A stretch of 64,000 nt of DNA from the NCBI RefSeq assembly GCF_018977255.1, contig NW_024704743.1, forward strand, positions 8,248,001 to 8,312,000, given 5' to 3'. Position 1 is the first letter of the stretch. Every line of letters starts with the position of its first letter. The position numbers and the translations under genes are program-made. Source of the DNA: Callorhinchus milii (taxonomy: Eukaryota). Below the pieces are notes generated by a model that was not told where the DNA came from, did not search any database, and saw nothing but the letters and a program-made list of their open reading frames with translations. Positions 1 to 11,838 of this stretch are shown here, in pieces.

Positions 1-37
1 CGTCAACTACCATTGGTGATCAGACTTTCGTCCTATG

Positions 38-699
38 TGGAAGTGTGAAACATGCAGCAAAAAGTATAAGTATATTTGGCATGTGATAGATTCAAATTAC
101 AACTAATTACAACTTTGGACTGTATAATATACTACTTGTGATGCTTTGGAATCAGGCTTAAATTTTTTTTATCTGCTCCACTCTCTGGAACTCAATCCCG
201 GAGAACCTCCAACTCGCTCCCCTTACCTCAGTCAAGTCTGTCTAAGACTGAACTCTTTGACCAGGCTTTTGGTCATCTTTCCTTTCCCCACCTCCTCGGC
301 TCACACCTCTGGGGCTAAGCTAGGACTTTGGGATGTCCCGATGAGAAAGTTGCCATATAAATGTAAATTTATATTGTTTTTTATACATGTTGCCTTAGGA
401 AACCCTACAGTAAAGGATTGAACTCTTGTGGAAAGAGTGAGCTGAAACATTATTAAATATTTTGATCCAAAATTAAAGAAATCTTAAAATGTACAGATGA
501 AATACAGAAGACACAGTAATTTGTTAAATTGTCGCCACCTGGTGGTTCAGAGTATTACGTGCAAATTCTGAAAACTTTTTAAGCCTGATTCCAAAGCATC
601 ACAAGCAGTATATTATACAGTCTAAAGTTGTAATTGCTAAGTGTGAATGTAGCACATGCCAAAAATACTTATACTTTTACTGCATGTTTCACACTTCCA
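38..699. repeat. Imperfect inverted repeat, arms ~125 bp (38-162 and 578-699)
   Basis: tggaagtgtgaaacatgcag...ctttggaatcaggcttaaa is the reverse complement, with mismatches, of tttaagcctgattccaaag...ctgcatgtttcacacttcca. Confidence 0.9.
531..545 (-). promoter_or_regulatory. CTCF-like motif CCACCAGGTGGCGAC
   Basis: Matches the core consensus CCASYAGRKGGCR; motif evidence only. Confidence 0.45.
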
Positions 700-1296
700 A
701 TAATTCAAAAAGAATGAAATGATTGAACAACTATTTCGCCCGTAAACTATACAGTATATTCTGTGAAGCGCTTTGAGAGATCTCCAAGACGTGATAAGGC
801 ACGATATCAAATGCAAGGATTATTATTATTAATTACAATTGCTACCAATATGAATAAATTGCAAATGTTAACACATGGGGTTTTATACAGATTTATGGGA
901 TTTTATACATTTAGAGACTGATTTTGAAAAAGGTCTTGAAGGAACTTCCTACAGGAAAATCTGAGAGCCAGATACACTGAGCTGCTCTCCCACCCACATC
1001 TTGTGGCTGCCTCCGAAAATCATTACTAGGGTCAGGAAACAGATCACTTACTCATTCTCAATCAGGGAATGGTGTGGTGTAGAGTGCCTTGGGACGTCCT
1101 CCCAACATGAAAGGCGCTCTATAAATTTAATTTTGTTGTTGTAGGGGATCTAATCAGAAGCGTAAATTAAGAAAAGAACCATAGGATTTCAATCCGGTAT
1201 ATTTTGTTGATATTCAGGATATTAATGCAACACTCTATTAGTGCCAAATGGAAATGGTTTCACAAACATTGGCTTTTTATTTGTCAAATGGCTTAC

Positions 1297-1374
1297 CATG
1301 ATTAACTGCAAATCGAAGCTTCTGTATCACAGCTAAGTTGCCACTCACTCTGTAAAGACCATCAATGTCTAAAC
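1297..1374 (-). CDS. ARHGAP12: ARHGAP12 exon, 78 nt, phase 1-1: (G)LDIDGLYRVSGNLAVIQKLRFAVNH (RhoGAP arginine finger)
   Basis: Acceptor ctcatcag, donor G|gtaagc. GLYRVSG catalytic motif. Confidence 0.95.
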
Positions 1375-1750
1375 CTGATGAGAGAAGATGAAACCATATA
1401 AAGAGAGGCACCGACACCAAGCACAAAGTCCTACTGGAGATTAGAAATGCTACAGGATAGTCACAACAAAATGTTTTCTTTTGCAAATCCACCATGATTT
1501 GGTCCTCCCACACCCACCCACATGCTGAACTCCACAGATCACAAATACCACATTATAAAAGCACAATTGTTTGAATCAGCTGTTTCCATTGGTTATTCTT
1601 CAAATAAAAATAAAGAGAAATAAAAATAGCATTTTTGGATTACCCTTCAACATTACTGCTCAACATAATAATAATAAGTGAATACTACAGAATACAGATA
1701 AATGCTATGCAAAATGTTGCTGTGAAAATTTTATTGTTCAAATTACATAC

Positions 1751-1849
1751 CCTCTTTTTCTACATGATCAATACACATCTTCACAAATTGCGGGATAGTG
1801 GTGTTCTCTCTCTGACACAGACTGTCTAGGTTACATCCAAACACCTGAT
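1751..1849 (-). CDS. ARHGAP12: ARHGAP12 exon, 99 nt, phase 1-1: (D)QVFGCNLDSLCQRENTTIPQFVKMCIDHVEKE(G) (start of RhoGAP)
   Basis: Acceptor catacag, donor G|gtatgt. VFG..L RhoGAP start. Confidence 0.94.
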
Positions 1850-2240
1850 CTGTATGAATGAAAGAAATACGTAGTAAAAATCTCATTTCATTTCCAATAT
1901 TAACATTGATCACATTGGGATGTTTCATTCAGATAATGGATTTTAAACTGGGATTATAAATAATTTTAACCAAAATAAATTGTGCATTAAAATGTTTTCA
2001 ATAGTGCTTCTTATTGCTCAGTATAAATAATGCTCAGTTACTTAATTTTATTGAAGATACTACACTTCTTGAAAAGGCTATTAAATCAAATCTCCAGCTA
2101 AATTATAGCTCAATGCATTTGAGGTAGTAATTTTCCTACTGAGCCATCGCATTTAATCTTAGTGAAATTACAGGATTTGTATGATTTACATATGTTTCAT
2201 CTTGCATTTTTCAGGCTTTTCAATATTATTCTCTTCAGGA

Positions 2241-2952
2241 GCCTGGGTGTCTTGTTTGACCCTGAACTGTCCTTTCTCCCCCACATCTACTGCCTACCAC
2301 CACCTCCGCAATATTGCCAGACTCCACCACTGCCTCACCCCTCAGGCTGCCGAAAGCCTTAGCCACGTATTCATCATATCAAGGCTCGATTATGGAAACT
2401 CACTCCTCATCGGCCTTCCTAACTCTTCCCTTCACAAGCTGCAGATCATCCAAAACTCTGCAGCTCGTGTACTCTCGCGCACCAGGCTCCGTGACCCCAT
2501 CATTCCCACCCTCGCCCGACTCCACTGGCTCCCCATCCCCCAGAGGATCAAGTTCAAGATCCTCATCCTTACTTTCAAGGCCATCCTACTTCTCTGACCT
2601 GCTGACTCCCTAACAACCTGCTCGTTGCCTCCGTTCAGCGGGCTCCGGTCCTCACCAAGTCTCCTGCCTGACCCACCCTATCATCGGTGGCCGGGCTTTC
2701 AGCCTCTCTGCCTCCACACTCTGGAACTCCATCCCACAGTCCCTTCACCTCGCTTCCTCCCTTGCCTTCTTCAAGGCCGGTCTCAAGACCATCCTCTTCG
2801 ATCGTGCCTTCAGTCACTCTCCCACCTCTCTGCCTTCCCTCACCCCTACTCCACCCCTCCCCCATGTTCGGGTTCTGACCCGACTGTCCAGCGCCTTGGG
2901 ACGTCCTCCCAATGTGAAAGGCGCTCTATAAATGCAATTTTGTTGTTGTTGT
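2241..2952 (+). mobile_element. L2-clade LINE 3' fragment
   Basis: SRLDYGNSLLIGLP..LHKLQIIQNSAARVL..LHWLPIPQRIKFKIL peptide; 3' tail gcgccttgggacgtcctccc..gaaaggcgctctataaatgca followed by (TTG)n. Confidence 0.9.
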
Positions 2953-3342
2953 TTTATTTCGTCTAGAAATCATGGTTTCTCTGACCCAAAGGCACATGCT
3001 GTTTTGAGCATTTTGATTTCCAACTAATTTTTCAAATGTATTCTACACAAATGTTTGTCCACTAAGAGTAGTCTCAGTAATAAGATAGCTTCAGGTATCT
3101 ATTTAATGGGAAGGAATTTTCATTTTATTAAAACATGGAATACAAAAACAAATTAGGGACTCTGGTTAAGTTGAATCTGCAGAATTCCAAACCATCAAAT
3201 GTATACAGTAGTTTTACAGGGAAACCAAAATGTTCTTGAAAGTACAAATTTTAAATATTTTAGATTCATGAATAAACAACTAACACGATAAAAGGGTATA
3301 TATATCACTCTACAATGTCAGACCGTGGAAGATTTCCTTTAC

Positions 3343-3462
3343 CTTTGATGTAGCCTTTGTCTCTTACTGCTTGGAGTGTTGGTCTCCTTGTGAGAAACTT
3401 TTTCAATTTTGTTTTGGTTTTTTTTTGGTCTGCGTTTTCCATACTAAATGAAGATTTTACTT
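3343..3462 (-). CDS. ARHGAP12: ARHGAP12 exon, 120 nt, phase 1-1: (Q)VKSSFSMENADQKKTKTKLKKFLTRRPTLQAVRDKGYIK(D)
   Basis: Acceptor ctttcag, donor G|gtaaag. RPEL-like LKKFLTRRPTLQAV motif is present. Confidence 0.94.
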
Positions 3463-4039
3463 CTGAAAGACAGCAGGAAAACCCAAATGAAGTTCAAACC
3501 ATAAACTAGACAAATTGCAAAATTTAAGAGATACACGTTTAAAATTTCTCCTAGAAAATAAAGATTACAATGACATGATAAGCTGGATTTCCATTTGTCG
3601 GTAATGGCAGGAGAGTACGAGCACTGGTGAGATTCAGAGTTTATCTTTACGAAGTTCAGATTTCACAACCAACTGATTTTTCCATTGTTTCTATTCGTTC
3701 TACTGATAAAGTTAATCCACTAAACTCTAATACCATCAATGCAAATTCCTCTTTTATAGAATAAGAGAATTTTACAGCACAAATACAAGGTGGCCCATCA
3801 GGTTTGCACTGGTGTTTTTTTCCCCACAGAAGTCACTTAATCCAATCCCACTGTCCTGATCTCTCCCCAAACCTTTAATACCTTCCTTCTAATTCCCTTT
3901 TAAGTGAATTTATAGATTCTGCTTCAACAACAGTAGAAAATTCCACATGCTCATTCATATAAATGAGGCAACCTCCCAGTTATTAGGCTGCCACCATCAC
4001 TTGCATCGAAGGGTACTCATTTGCTGTGCATACCCAAAG

Positions 4040-4207
4040 CAGGAAGTGATTTCAGTGGAGAGCCAATGATTCACCCGTTGGCCATTTTAGCTGCAGATTG
4101 CTTCCGATGTCACTTCCTGCTCTGTGTAGACCTTGTAAACAGGAAGTGATACCGGCAAAATGAAGTTGGACAATTTTTTTTATAACCAGCCTGTATGCAG
4201 GAAGTGA
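4040..4207. promoter_or_regulatory. Cluster of four CAGGAAGTGA ETS-type motifs
   Basis: Copies at 4040-4049, 4110-4119 (reverse), 4140-4149 and 4198-4207. Confidence 0.4.
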
Positions 4208-4257
4208 GCTGGCTGGTTTCACACACGTGCAGTGGAAATCGCTATTGCAAGTCTTCT

Positions 4258-4568
4258 AATAATAATAATAATCCTTGCATTTGATATAGTGCTTTTCACG
4301 TCTTCTCGACGTCCCAAAGCGCTTCACAGAATATACTGTAAAGTGAATTGACTGTATATTTGTGGGCGAAAGTGGCAGCCAATTGCGCACAGCAATGTCC
4401 CCCAAGCAGTCATGGATTGAAAATGACCAATTTATTATTATTGTTTTTTTTTGCAGGGATTATTGTTAGGTGTGTGGAGTAAGGAAACTTGCCCAAGGTT
4501 TCGCCCTCTGCCTGGAATTGAACTCAGGTCTCTCACTTGCAAAGCGAGTGCTCTAACCACTGAGCTTC
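4258..4568 (-). mobile_element. tRNA-derived Deu-domain SINE, young subfamily
   Basis: tRNA-like head with A/B boxes, ggacattgctgtgcgcaattggctgcc core, L2-like 3' end and (TAT)n tail; near-identical to other copies in the window. Confidence 0.9.
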
Positions 4569-5233
4569 TATAGAATTGTATGGCTTCCAACCACCGCAGA
4601 TTGTTTTGATCAACCCAGGCATCTAGACACATGTCATCATCATCCTTAAGAGTATTTAAACCAGATAGAATTCCACATATGTATGCCGCTTACATATTAT
4701 TTTTTCAATCCCAGAGTTTGTGTTTGAGTGCCGATTAACATTATTTTTAATAATAATACCTTGCATTTGACACAGCGACATCAATTTGGTGTCAAAACAC
4801 ACCTACGATAAGCGCTCAGAGATGCTACCCGCATGAAGGGCACTGTGTAAATGCAAGTTGTTGATGTTGTCTCATGTTGTTGAGACATCTCAAAGTGCTT
4901 CACAGGATATAAGTGGTGTGACTGTACATTTTGTAGATAATTACACCAAAACAGTGGATGCTGGCAGAGGTTTGTATTCGATACTGACTGTGTTTTAGTA
5001 ATAAAAACGTTTTTACTGGTGTACTGTTTTAAATACTAGCCTATTAATTAACATTAACTCACTGAAAATAATGATGTTCCTTATAAAACGGTGACAAACG
5101 GTGTGTGGGCAGAGACTATACTGAGAACACATTACTTTAAAGTCACTGTTTTGTCTTGAACCCTTAAAATATGAACTCTTTGAACTTGCAGGTTTATGAG
5201 AATATTATTAGTTTAAATCCGAAGATGACTTAC

Positions 5234-5333
5234 GACGCGATTTCTTCAAGTCTTTGTTATTTTTATCCTTATCGTGCTTGTCAATTCCAGGAGACTCTGG
5301 CAAATCATCTTCAAATATTTCATCAGGCTCGGT
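5234..5333 (-). CDS. ARHGAP12: ARHGAP12 exon, 100 nt, phase 0-1: TEPDEIFEDDLPESPGIDKHDKDKNNKDLKKSR
   Basis: Acceptor actacag, donor C|gtaagt. P.SPGI.KHDK.K motif is present. Confidence 0.9.
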
Positions 5334-5491
5334 CTGTAGTGGAATCAGTTGAGAAAACATATATTAATTTTCATACTTTTGTCAACATCAAGAGCTTATC
5401 AGAAGGCCACAGTCTAATTAAGAACAAAGGAAATTATTATCATGTACATAATAAAAGATTTTACAACAGAATGTCCAATAGGAACACACAC

Positions 5492-5590
5492 CTGATTACC
5501 AATAGTTATTTCAAGAGCTTTATGCCATTCGGCGATGGTCGCATCATTATCCAACTGAATCAGCAACTCTGTTCCTTGACGTGTTCTGAG
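5492..5590 (-). CDS. ARHGAP12: ARHGAP12 exon, 99 nt, phase 0-0: LRTRQGTELLIQLDNDATIAEWHKALEITIGNQ (end of PH domain)
   Basis: Acceptor gttttag, donor CAG|gtgtgt. The C-terminal PH helix Trp is present. Confidence 0.93.
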
Positions 5591-6559
5591 CTAAAACATA
5601 GATTATTTTTACCAGAAAGTTAACTATAGAAGTTAATTATACATTATTCAACACCTAGAATTGAATTATTTCAAACATTAAGCGAGTTAGTTATTCAACA
5701 CCGCGAGTAATTTTGCTGCTGTGGGCTAAATGCTAATCTACTCCCTATGCACTTATAACTCACTACGTTATGAATGCAACACAATACATTTAAAATTACG
5801 TATATAGGGACACGTCTGCTACACATGGCAAACAGAGCACAATGATGGCTCTTAGCCCACAACAATAAATTCATTAAATTTTGTGGATAAAGTACCCCCC
5901 TGCCCCCCTCCACACCAGATTTCTAGTCAGTTCAGATTAGATCTAAAAGATCTAGTCTATTGATAGATGTTTAAATTATATAATTTTCTGTTAAATGTCA
6001 GAGGAGAGACATTCCCACAGGATAGGTAAGCACTACCAGCTGCTACCAAAGCATGCTGCTTGATCGTTCATTAAAAACTAGATGGATATCACCGGCTACT
6101 AAACTAGAGAATTTATTAAGTGCAAGTTTCAAAAGACTTACAGTAATTACAGTAATTACAGTAAACTGATAACTGGACGCTGGCTTAACTTGTCACTAAC
6201 ACCAAAGTCATTGCATTGTCAATATCCTGAATGCATTTGATGCAGTCCTATATCATGTTGTCGAAACATCTCAAAGTGCTTTACAAGACTTACAGTAAAA
6301 TGTAGTAACTGGATTTGTAGGAAAACACAGCAGGCAATTTTCACTCAACAATGTCCCACAAACAGCAATGAAGCAAGTGACAATTGTATCTTTTGACAGC
6401 TATCAAGCAAATCCTACTCCTTCGACTGCATTCCAGTAGATCTCCTACGCACCCATCTGTCGCTTCTTGCCCTCCAATAGCTTTTTTTTAATCCCTTTCA
6501 TTCCTCTGGCACGGTGCCCCTCCTTATCAGACCCACCATTATTACCCCCTTTCTCAAAA

Positions 6560-7080
6560 AAACTACTGCTGTTTGTGGGACATTGCTGTGTAAAATTGGC
6601 TGCAGCATTCCCATAAAAAATACTCAATCATTACAATTTACAGTAAATCCTGTGACGTGCTTTAGAATGTCTTCCCGACATGGAAAGCTGGGATACCAAA
6701 TGCAAGGATTATTATAAACAGTCATGAAGCTAATGATGACTTTTATAATAATAATCCTTGCATTTGATACAGCAACTTTCACGTCAGGATGACAACCCAA
6801 AGAGCTTCCCAAATATACTGTAAAGTGGAGTGACTGTGTGTTTTGCGGCAGCCAATTTGTGCATAACAATGTCCCACAAACAGCCATGGAGTAAATGAAC
6901 AATTTTTTTTTAATTTGGGGGATTGCTGGCATGGTCACCAGGAGGGAGAAACTCCCTTCTCTTTTTAAGTAGTGCTGTGGGATATTAAATGTCCACCTGA
7001 AGTGGAAGACAGATCCTGGTTTAATGTCTGATCCGAACCGCGGCATCTCCAACATTGAATGCACCCACTGGATATTGGAC
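6560..7080. mobile_element. Two older Deu-SINE fragments arranged tail-to-tail (+ ~6560-6715; - ~6745-7080)
   Basis: Shared Deu core and aaatgcaaggattattat tail. The minus copy has the longer Deu region (aatgtccacctgaa...ggtttaatgtctgatccgaa). Confidence 0.75.
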
Positions 7081-7140
7081 TAGTTTGTTTAAAGATGATT
7101 ACACAATAAACTTCTTCCCAAAACTACAACCAAGACTTAC

Positions 7141-7245
7141 CTCAAGTACATTCTTCTTGCTGGATTTGTCTTTTGAAGCCCATTCTATTGCCGCTCCTCT
7201 TAGATCCACAGTGAACTCTGGCTTTGATTGATTGCTGCCAAATTT
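7141..7245 (-). CDS. ARHGAP12: ARHGAP12 exon, 105 nt, phase 0-0: KFGSNQSKPEFTVDLRGAAIEWASKDKSSKKNVLE (PH domain)
   Basis: Acceptor ttttcag, donor GAG|gtaagt. Confidence 0.94.
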
Positions 7246-8032
7246 CTGAAAAGTCAGCCAAAAATTATAATGATTCATTTTTTCCTCAGATTATAACTGA
7301 AAATCATAGGAAAGTAACATAAAAATGTTATTGTGCAAGCCAATGCTATTCTTTACAAAGAGGCCTAGGTTATGGCACCATCCTGACAAATTTCTGCTGA
7401 AGTACAAAGAGCCAGCATTTTAACAAACATTTGCAATGATACTGTATGGTAATACATCAGATTTTGTTTTAAATTGTTTTAGATAGAAGGATGATCACTA
7501 GCGCTGTAATTTACACAAGAGATGATGATTTATGCACTTGGTTATAAAATAATTTCCTCAAAACATTCTGGCCATTTTTGGAAATTAGGGTACATTGGAG
7601 CTGGAATCTTAAAATGAAAGATTAATGCTTATTCGAGACATTCACATTTAAAGTTTCAGTTTTTTTTAGGTTTTAAAATCTTCTCCAGTGACTCGCCTAA
7701 ATTATGAACAATTCTTGGCTATGAGACTGGATGGGCAACCAAGACCAATCTTACACCAATGAATTCCCAAACTGGCTACTGTTGCATCAGGGAACAATAA
7801 CTCTCCTTTCAATTTTCCAACTTCTCTCAATGGCAATGGAGAACTGCCTTGGTACTCTGTTCTTTTGTTTTCAAGGGAGAAGAGAGCAAGGCTGGCAGGA
7901 TTGTTGCAGTTTTCTTCCTGCATATGTCCATCTTTTAATTGCAGAGTGAGATTAGTGGCACTCACAAAAGCCACAGCCCAAACTAACAAGCATTCTCAGC
8001 TGATGGGAGTGCTGGTTAGTTAAGGTCATTAC

Positions 8033-8043
8033 CTTTTCATTTG
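8033..8043 (-). other. Candidate 11-nt microexon (CAAATGAAAAG)
   Basis: tctcttccttttcccag|CAAATGAAAAG|gtaatg; frameshifting if included alone. Confidence 0.4.
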
Positions 8044-8471
8044 CTGGGAAAAGGAAGAGATGTCATTAAGATGTAGAAAACTATGCAGTTCTGTATTAAG
8101 TATGCCTGGGAGCAGAAGCAGCAGTGTTAAAATGTAAAGGTATCTAATGTTAATTAAAGCACTTTTTAAAATAAAAACAATTTTAACATTGAAAAGATCT
8201 TGAAAATCTATACATATGCATTTAACTGGTAACTGCTGATGCCCACAGAAGTGTACAGAACAGTACCATAAAAGGCCTTAAATGTACCAGAAGCATGCAA
8301 ACAAAAACGTGTAGACAAGAGATTATCTAACTAAGCACACCCAGAATTATTGCAAACTTTGAAGTGCTGATGGTAGGCAATTAGACAGAAAGACAACTTT
8401 AAAAGCTTTGCTATGCCAGCATACATGCAGAAAGAACATACAGAGGCAGCTGAAACAGTTGCACAGTTTAC

Positions 8472-8564
8472 ATAGGTGACCGCAGGCCGACGTTTGACAG
8501 CACTTTTCCATGTGGCAAGCAGCGAAAGGAGCAGCTCTGGAATTGAGCTCTGATGGTAGAATGA
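8472..8564 (-). CDS. Candidate cassette exon, 93 nt, phase 0-0: SFYHQSSIPELLLSLLATWKSAVKRRPAVTY
   Basis: Long polypyrimidine tract cttttctcccctctttccaccaag and a moderate donor TAT|gtaaac. In frame with the flanking phase-0 intron, with TGCATG motifs downstream. Confidence 0.5.
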
Positions 8565-8879
8565 CTTGGTGGAAAGAGGGGAGAAAAGTGATGTCACAAT
8601 GAAATGCACAATAAATACAGCAGCAACAATCCTTTCTGGAAGCGTACAACTTAGTACTTTACAAAATCTATAAATATACTGTACTGCAACTATATATACA
8701 CACTAAACATGGAACCATTTAATGAACTTCGATTTGCAAGCAACAGATCTGTTAGTTGCAGCTGTATGCATCAAATGTTGCATGTTCATTTGAACCATGC
8801 CATACAACGGCTCTATGGTTCAATTGCAATATCTATTTGGATATAAAGCAATTTAATGGGGTTACATTTAGTTCAGTTG

Positions 8880-9228
8880 TAAAAGGAAGCTCAATGTTAA
8901 TAAGAGGAATGTTAATACAGGTTTAAGAAGGGAAGATCCTGTTTGTCAAACTTAACAGAATTTCAAACATTTTGAGGTGGGGTAACAGAAATGACGGGAG
9001 TGTAGAATTCTGTGCTGCAGTCAGTTGTTGGAGGCAGCAATGTTCAACTTTCAAAAAAAAGACTGGACTCACGGTTAAGAGAGAATAAAATTGAGGGATA
9101 CAGGAAAAATCCAGAATATGGGACTAGGGATGGGATCGAGGAGAGGCACTTGTGTGGAGTATAAACACCAACCGGAATGGATGGCCGATTGGCCTGTTTC
9201 TAAGCTGTGCCATCTGTGAATCTATGAA
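8880..9228 (+). mobile_element. Degenerate CR1 LINE 3' fragment
   Basis: 3' UTR-like gaatggatggccgattggcctgtttct..gctgtgc..tctgtgaatctatgaat terminus. Confidence 0.6.
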
Positions 9229-11029
9229 TGTTGAGAGACGATGCTTTCTACACTGACAGCACTATAAGATACTCAATAATTTCTAGGTGCCTGGCCTGCA
9301 ACCCAGCAACTTGAGATATTTTTGTAAATATTCTGATTCACCATTAAGCCTTTTGTCTCAGTTCTAGGTTCGAATAGGGTCCTGGATATAAATTATGCTG
9401 GTCAAGACTTGCTTGAACAATTTTTGCCCTAAAATATACTTTCAATCAGAACACCAATTGAAAAAAAGCCTTTTCCTTTTTCTTTCCATGTTGCATTCTG
9501 AACAAACTGTGCTTAAACTATCTGTATAAATGCATTAAGATATGGAAACCATACATATTGAACGTGCCAAGTTTGTGGTTAATGAACTCTCACATGCAGA
9601 AAAAGAGGCTGAGTTGATAATGAGTAAAGCAACATACAGCTCTACTGTAAATCCAGAGATACTTCAGAATTCTACATATAGTTTTACAGAGTTAAACAAA
9701 CTAAGTATTATATTGTAAAGTTAGTTACAACGTTAGACTTGTCAGGTGTCTTACTGTGGTGATTATGGGCGTTTGGTACAGATGTTTGGAATCAGTAAGA
9801 GCAGGAAGGGCAGCTCTGATGTAGGCTTAGTGGACAGAGCTGAGGCCTACAGATAGCTCATAGATTTCTCTCTCAAACTCATCTCTCTCCATGTATCTCT
9901 CCAAACTCGCTGAATCAGGATGCTTTGTGTCTGGTTTGATTGTCAACTTGCCTTTCTCCCTCACATCCAGTCTCTGACTAAGACAGTTGTTCTGCTCTCT
10001 TTCACCTATAAATGACCTAGCACCTTTCTATTTCACTGATTTTCTCCCTCACTATTCCTCTCCGCCTCTGCTGGGCTAACTCAAGCTTGCTAGTCCCCCG
10101 CCCCGGCCTCTTCTGTGCACCAATCTGTGGTCAAGCCTTTAGATACTATCCCCTAATCTTTGGAACTCCCTCTACCTCTCCATCTCGACCACCCCACCTC
10201 CCATCTATCTACGACATGCCTTAAAACCTACCTCTTCAACCCCACCTATGGTTAATCCTCCCCTCAGTATCCAACCCTGTCTTTGTAAAGTGCTCTGAGA
10301 CATTATCCTACATTAATGTAAGGTGCTGATGTTGACTTATTTATCACTGAAAATTGTCTCAACAGTAATTTCAAAGGGCAATCTAAGATTAGAGTGTAAA
10401 TACGATCGGAAACCCCATTAAATAAATGCAAACTGGGTAGCATAATCGGTACGTCAAACGGTAAATATTTTTCGTCCTCCTTTATGTAAAGATTTCACCA
10501 CTGTTCTGTCTGAATAAAAATAAAATATGGAAACCCGCAAGTGAAATAACGTCTCAACATTAGCAGATTGCAGTTGTAGTCGTCCAGTCAGTCCCTCTCT
10601 CAGTCTTTCTCTCTCTGATAAATTTATAAAATACTATAGAAACACAGAATGTCGGACAATTTGAGCCGTCAAGTCTGTACAAATGGTTTTCTCGACAGCA
10701 GGCGCCTAGGCTAATTCCACTCTGCTAGTTTTTCACTAGTTACATTTATCCTTTTGCACAATGCACTACTGAAAATAGGATATCTGTTCAGACAATTCAA
10801 TAACATGAATAGTGCTTAGAATTGCATAGAATGGTATGGTACCTAAACAGGACATTCAGTCCAACTAGTTTGTGCAGTTTTCTGTTATCTTTATCAGTAA
10901 TGTGTAATGTCACCTTTTACATATAGCTACTATTCTTTTGTGCTGACATTTCCCATAGCCACTGCTTTTACAATACAAACACACTGCAGACCCCCACACA
11001 TATTGACGATAACATCAAGAAACTATTAC

Positions 11030-11105
11030 CCAGCCACTGCCTTGATTTTTGGCAAACAACAGCGATGACCCCTGCAACACTGTCCAAGATGATGTCCAAT
11101 TCTTC
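11030..11105 (-). CDS. ARHGAP12: ARHGAP12 exon, 76 nt, phase 2-0: (R)KNWTSSWTVLQGSSLLFAKNQGSGW (PH domain)
   Basis: Acceptor cttgcag, donor TGG|gtaata. Confidence 0.93.
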
Positions 11106-11697
11106 CTGCAAGTGAAATTATGATTTCCATTAAAACAAGTAAGTGTTATGACAAAATAGCATTGAAATAGCCAATTAAAGTCGTCGCAATATTTTAGCCA
11201 TGACATATTTTCAAAATATTGTAATTTGCCTTAAGTTACAGGCATGATTTACTACTGTTGCAACAAAAATTGTGTTCAGTGGTTTGACCAACAAGGGTGC
11301 TTATAATCAGTCAAGAATAATAAAGTCTGTAATAGTTCCCAACTCCTATAGATTGGAAATGAGGACAGCAGCATTGCTGCATTTAAATAAAGGTAATTGT
11401 TTAAATCTACACATCTCCAATTGTTTACTTCGCATAAAAACATTCCAAAGATTGATTCCAGAGGTCTGTGTGTTTTCAGTACCTTTTTGAAAGTTATTAA
11501 CACTTCTATATTTAAAGAACTAAGACTCTAGAGAAGATTCTCAAATTAAGTTGGGTAATATGAAAAGCACATTGGATTTATTGTACACAGCGAGGTTAAT
11601 CAGTTTCCACTGGAATGTTAGCAGTTTTAATGCCACTTTCTAACATCAAAACATTCACATTTTTTCAAATTAATCCACATCAGCCTTGAGTACTCAC

Positions 11698-11753
11698 CTG
11701 ACTTTCTTCCCATTATCAGTTATCTTTGTTACGTTAAGCAATCCATATTTTTC
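11698..11753 (-). CDS. ARHGAP12: ARHGAP12 exon, 56 nt, phase 0-2: EKYGLLNVTKITDNGKKV(R) (start of PH domain)
   Basis: Acceptor ttgtag, donor AG|gtgagt. Confidence 0.93.
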
Positions 11754-11838
11754 CTACAAATTTAATGAAAACAAGTTTTATCAAAGGTTACACATTCTAT
11801 AAAAAAAATCTTTTACAAACTAGTGAATGGCTACTAAC

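Noticed and set aside
5171..5623. 150-aa plus-strand ORF
   Set aside because: Antisense shadow of two real ARHGAP12 exons; no recognisable protein features.
5935..5960. Short palindromes (tagatct-aaa-agatcta; similar near 41435-41462)
   Set aside because: Short and AT-rich; expected by chance or micro-duplication, with no supporting context.
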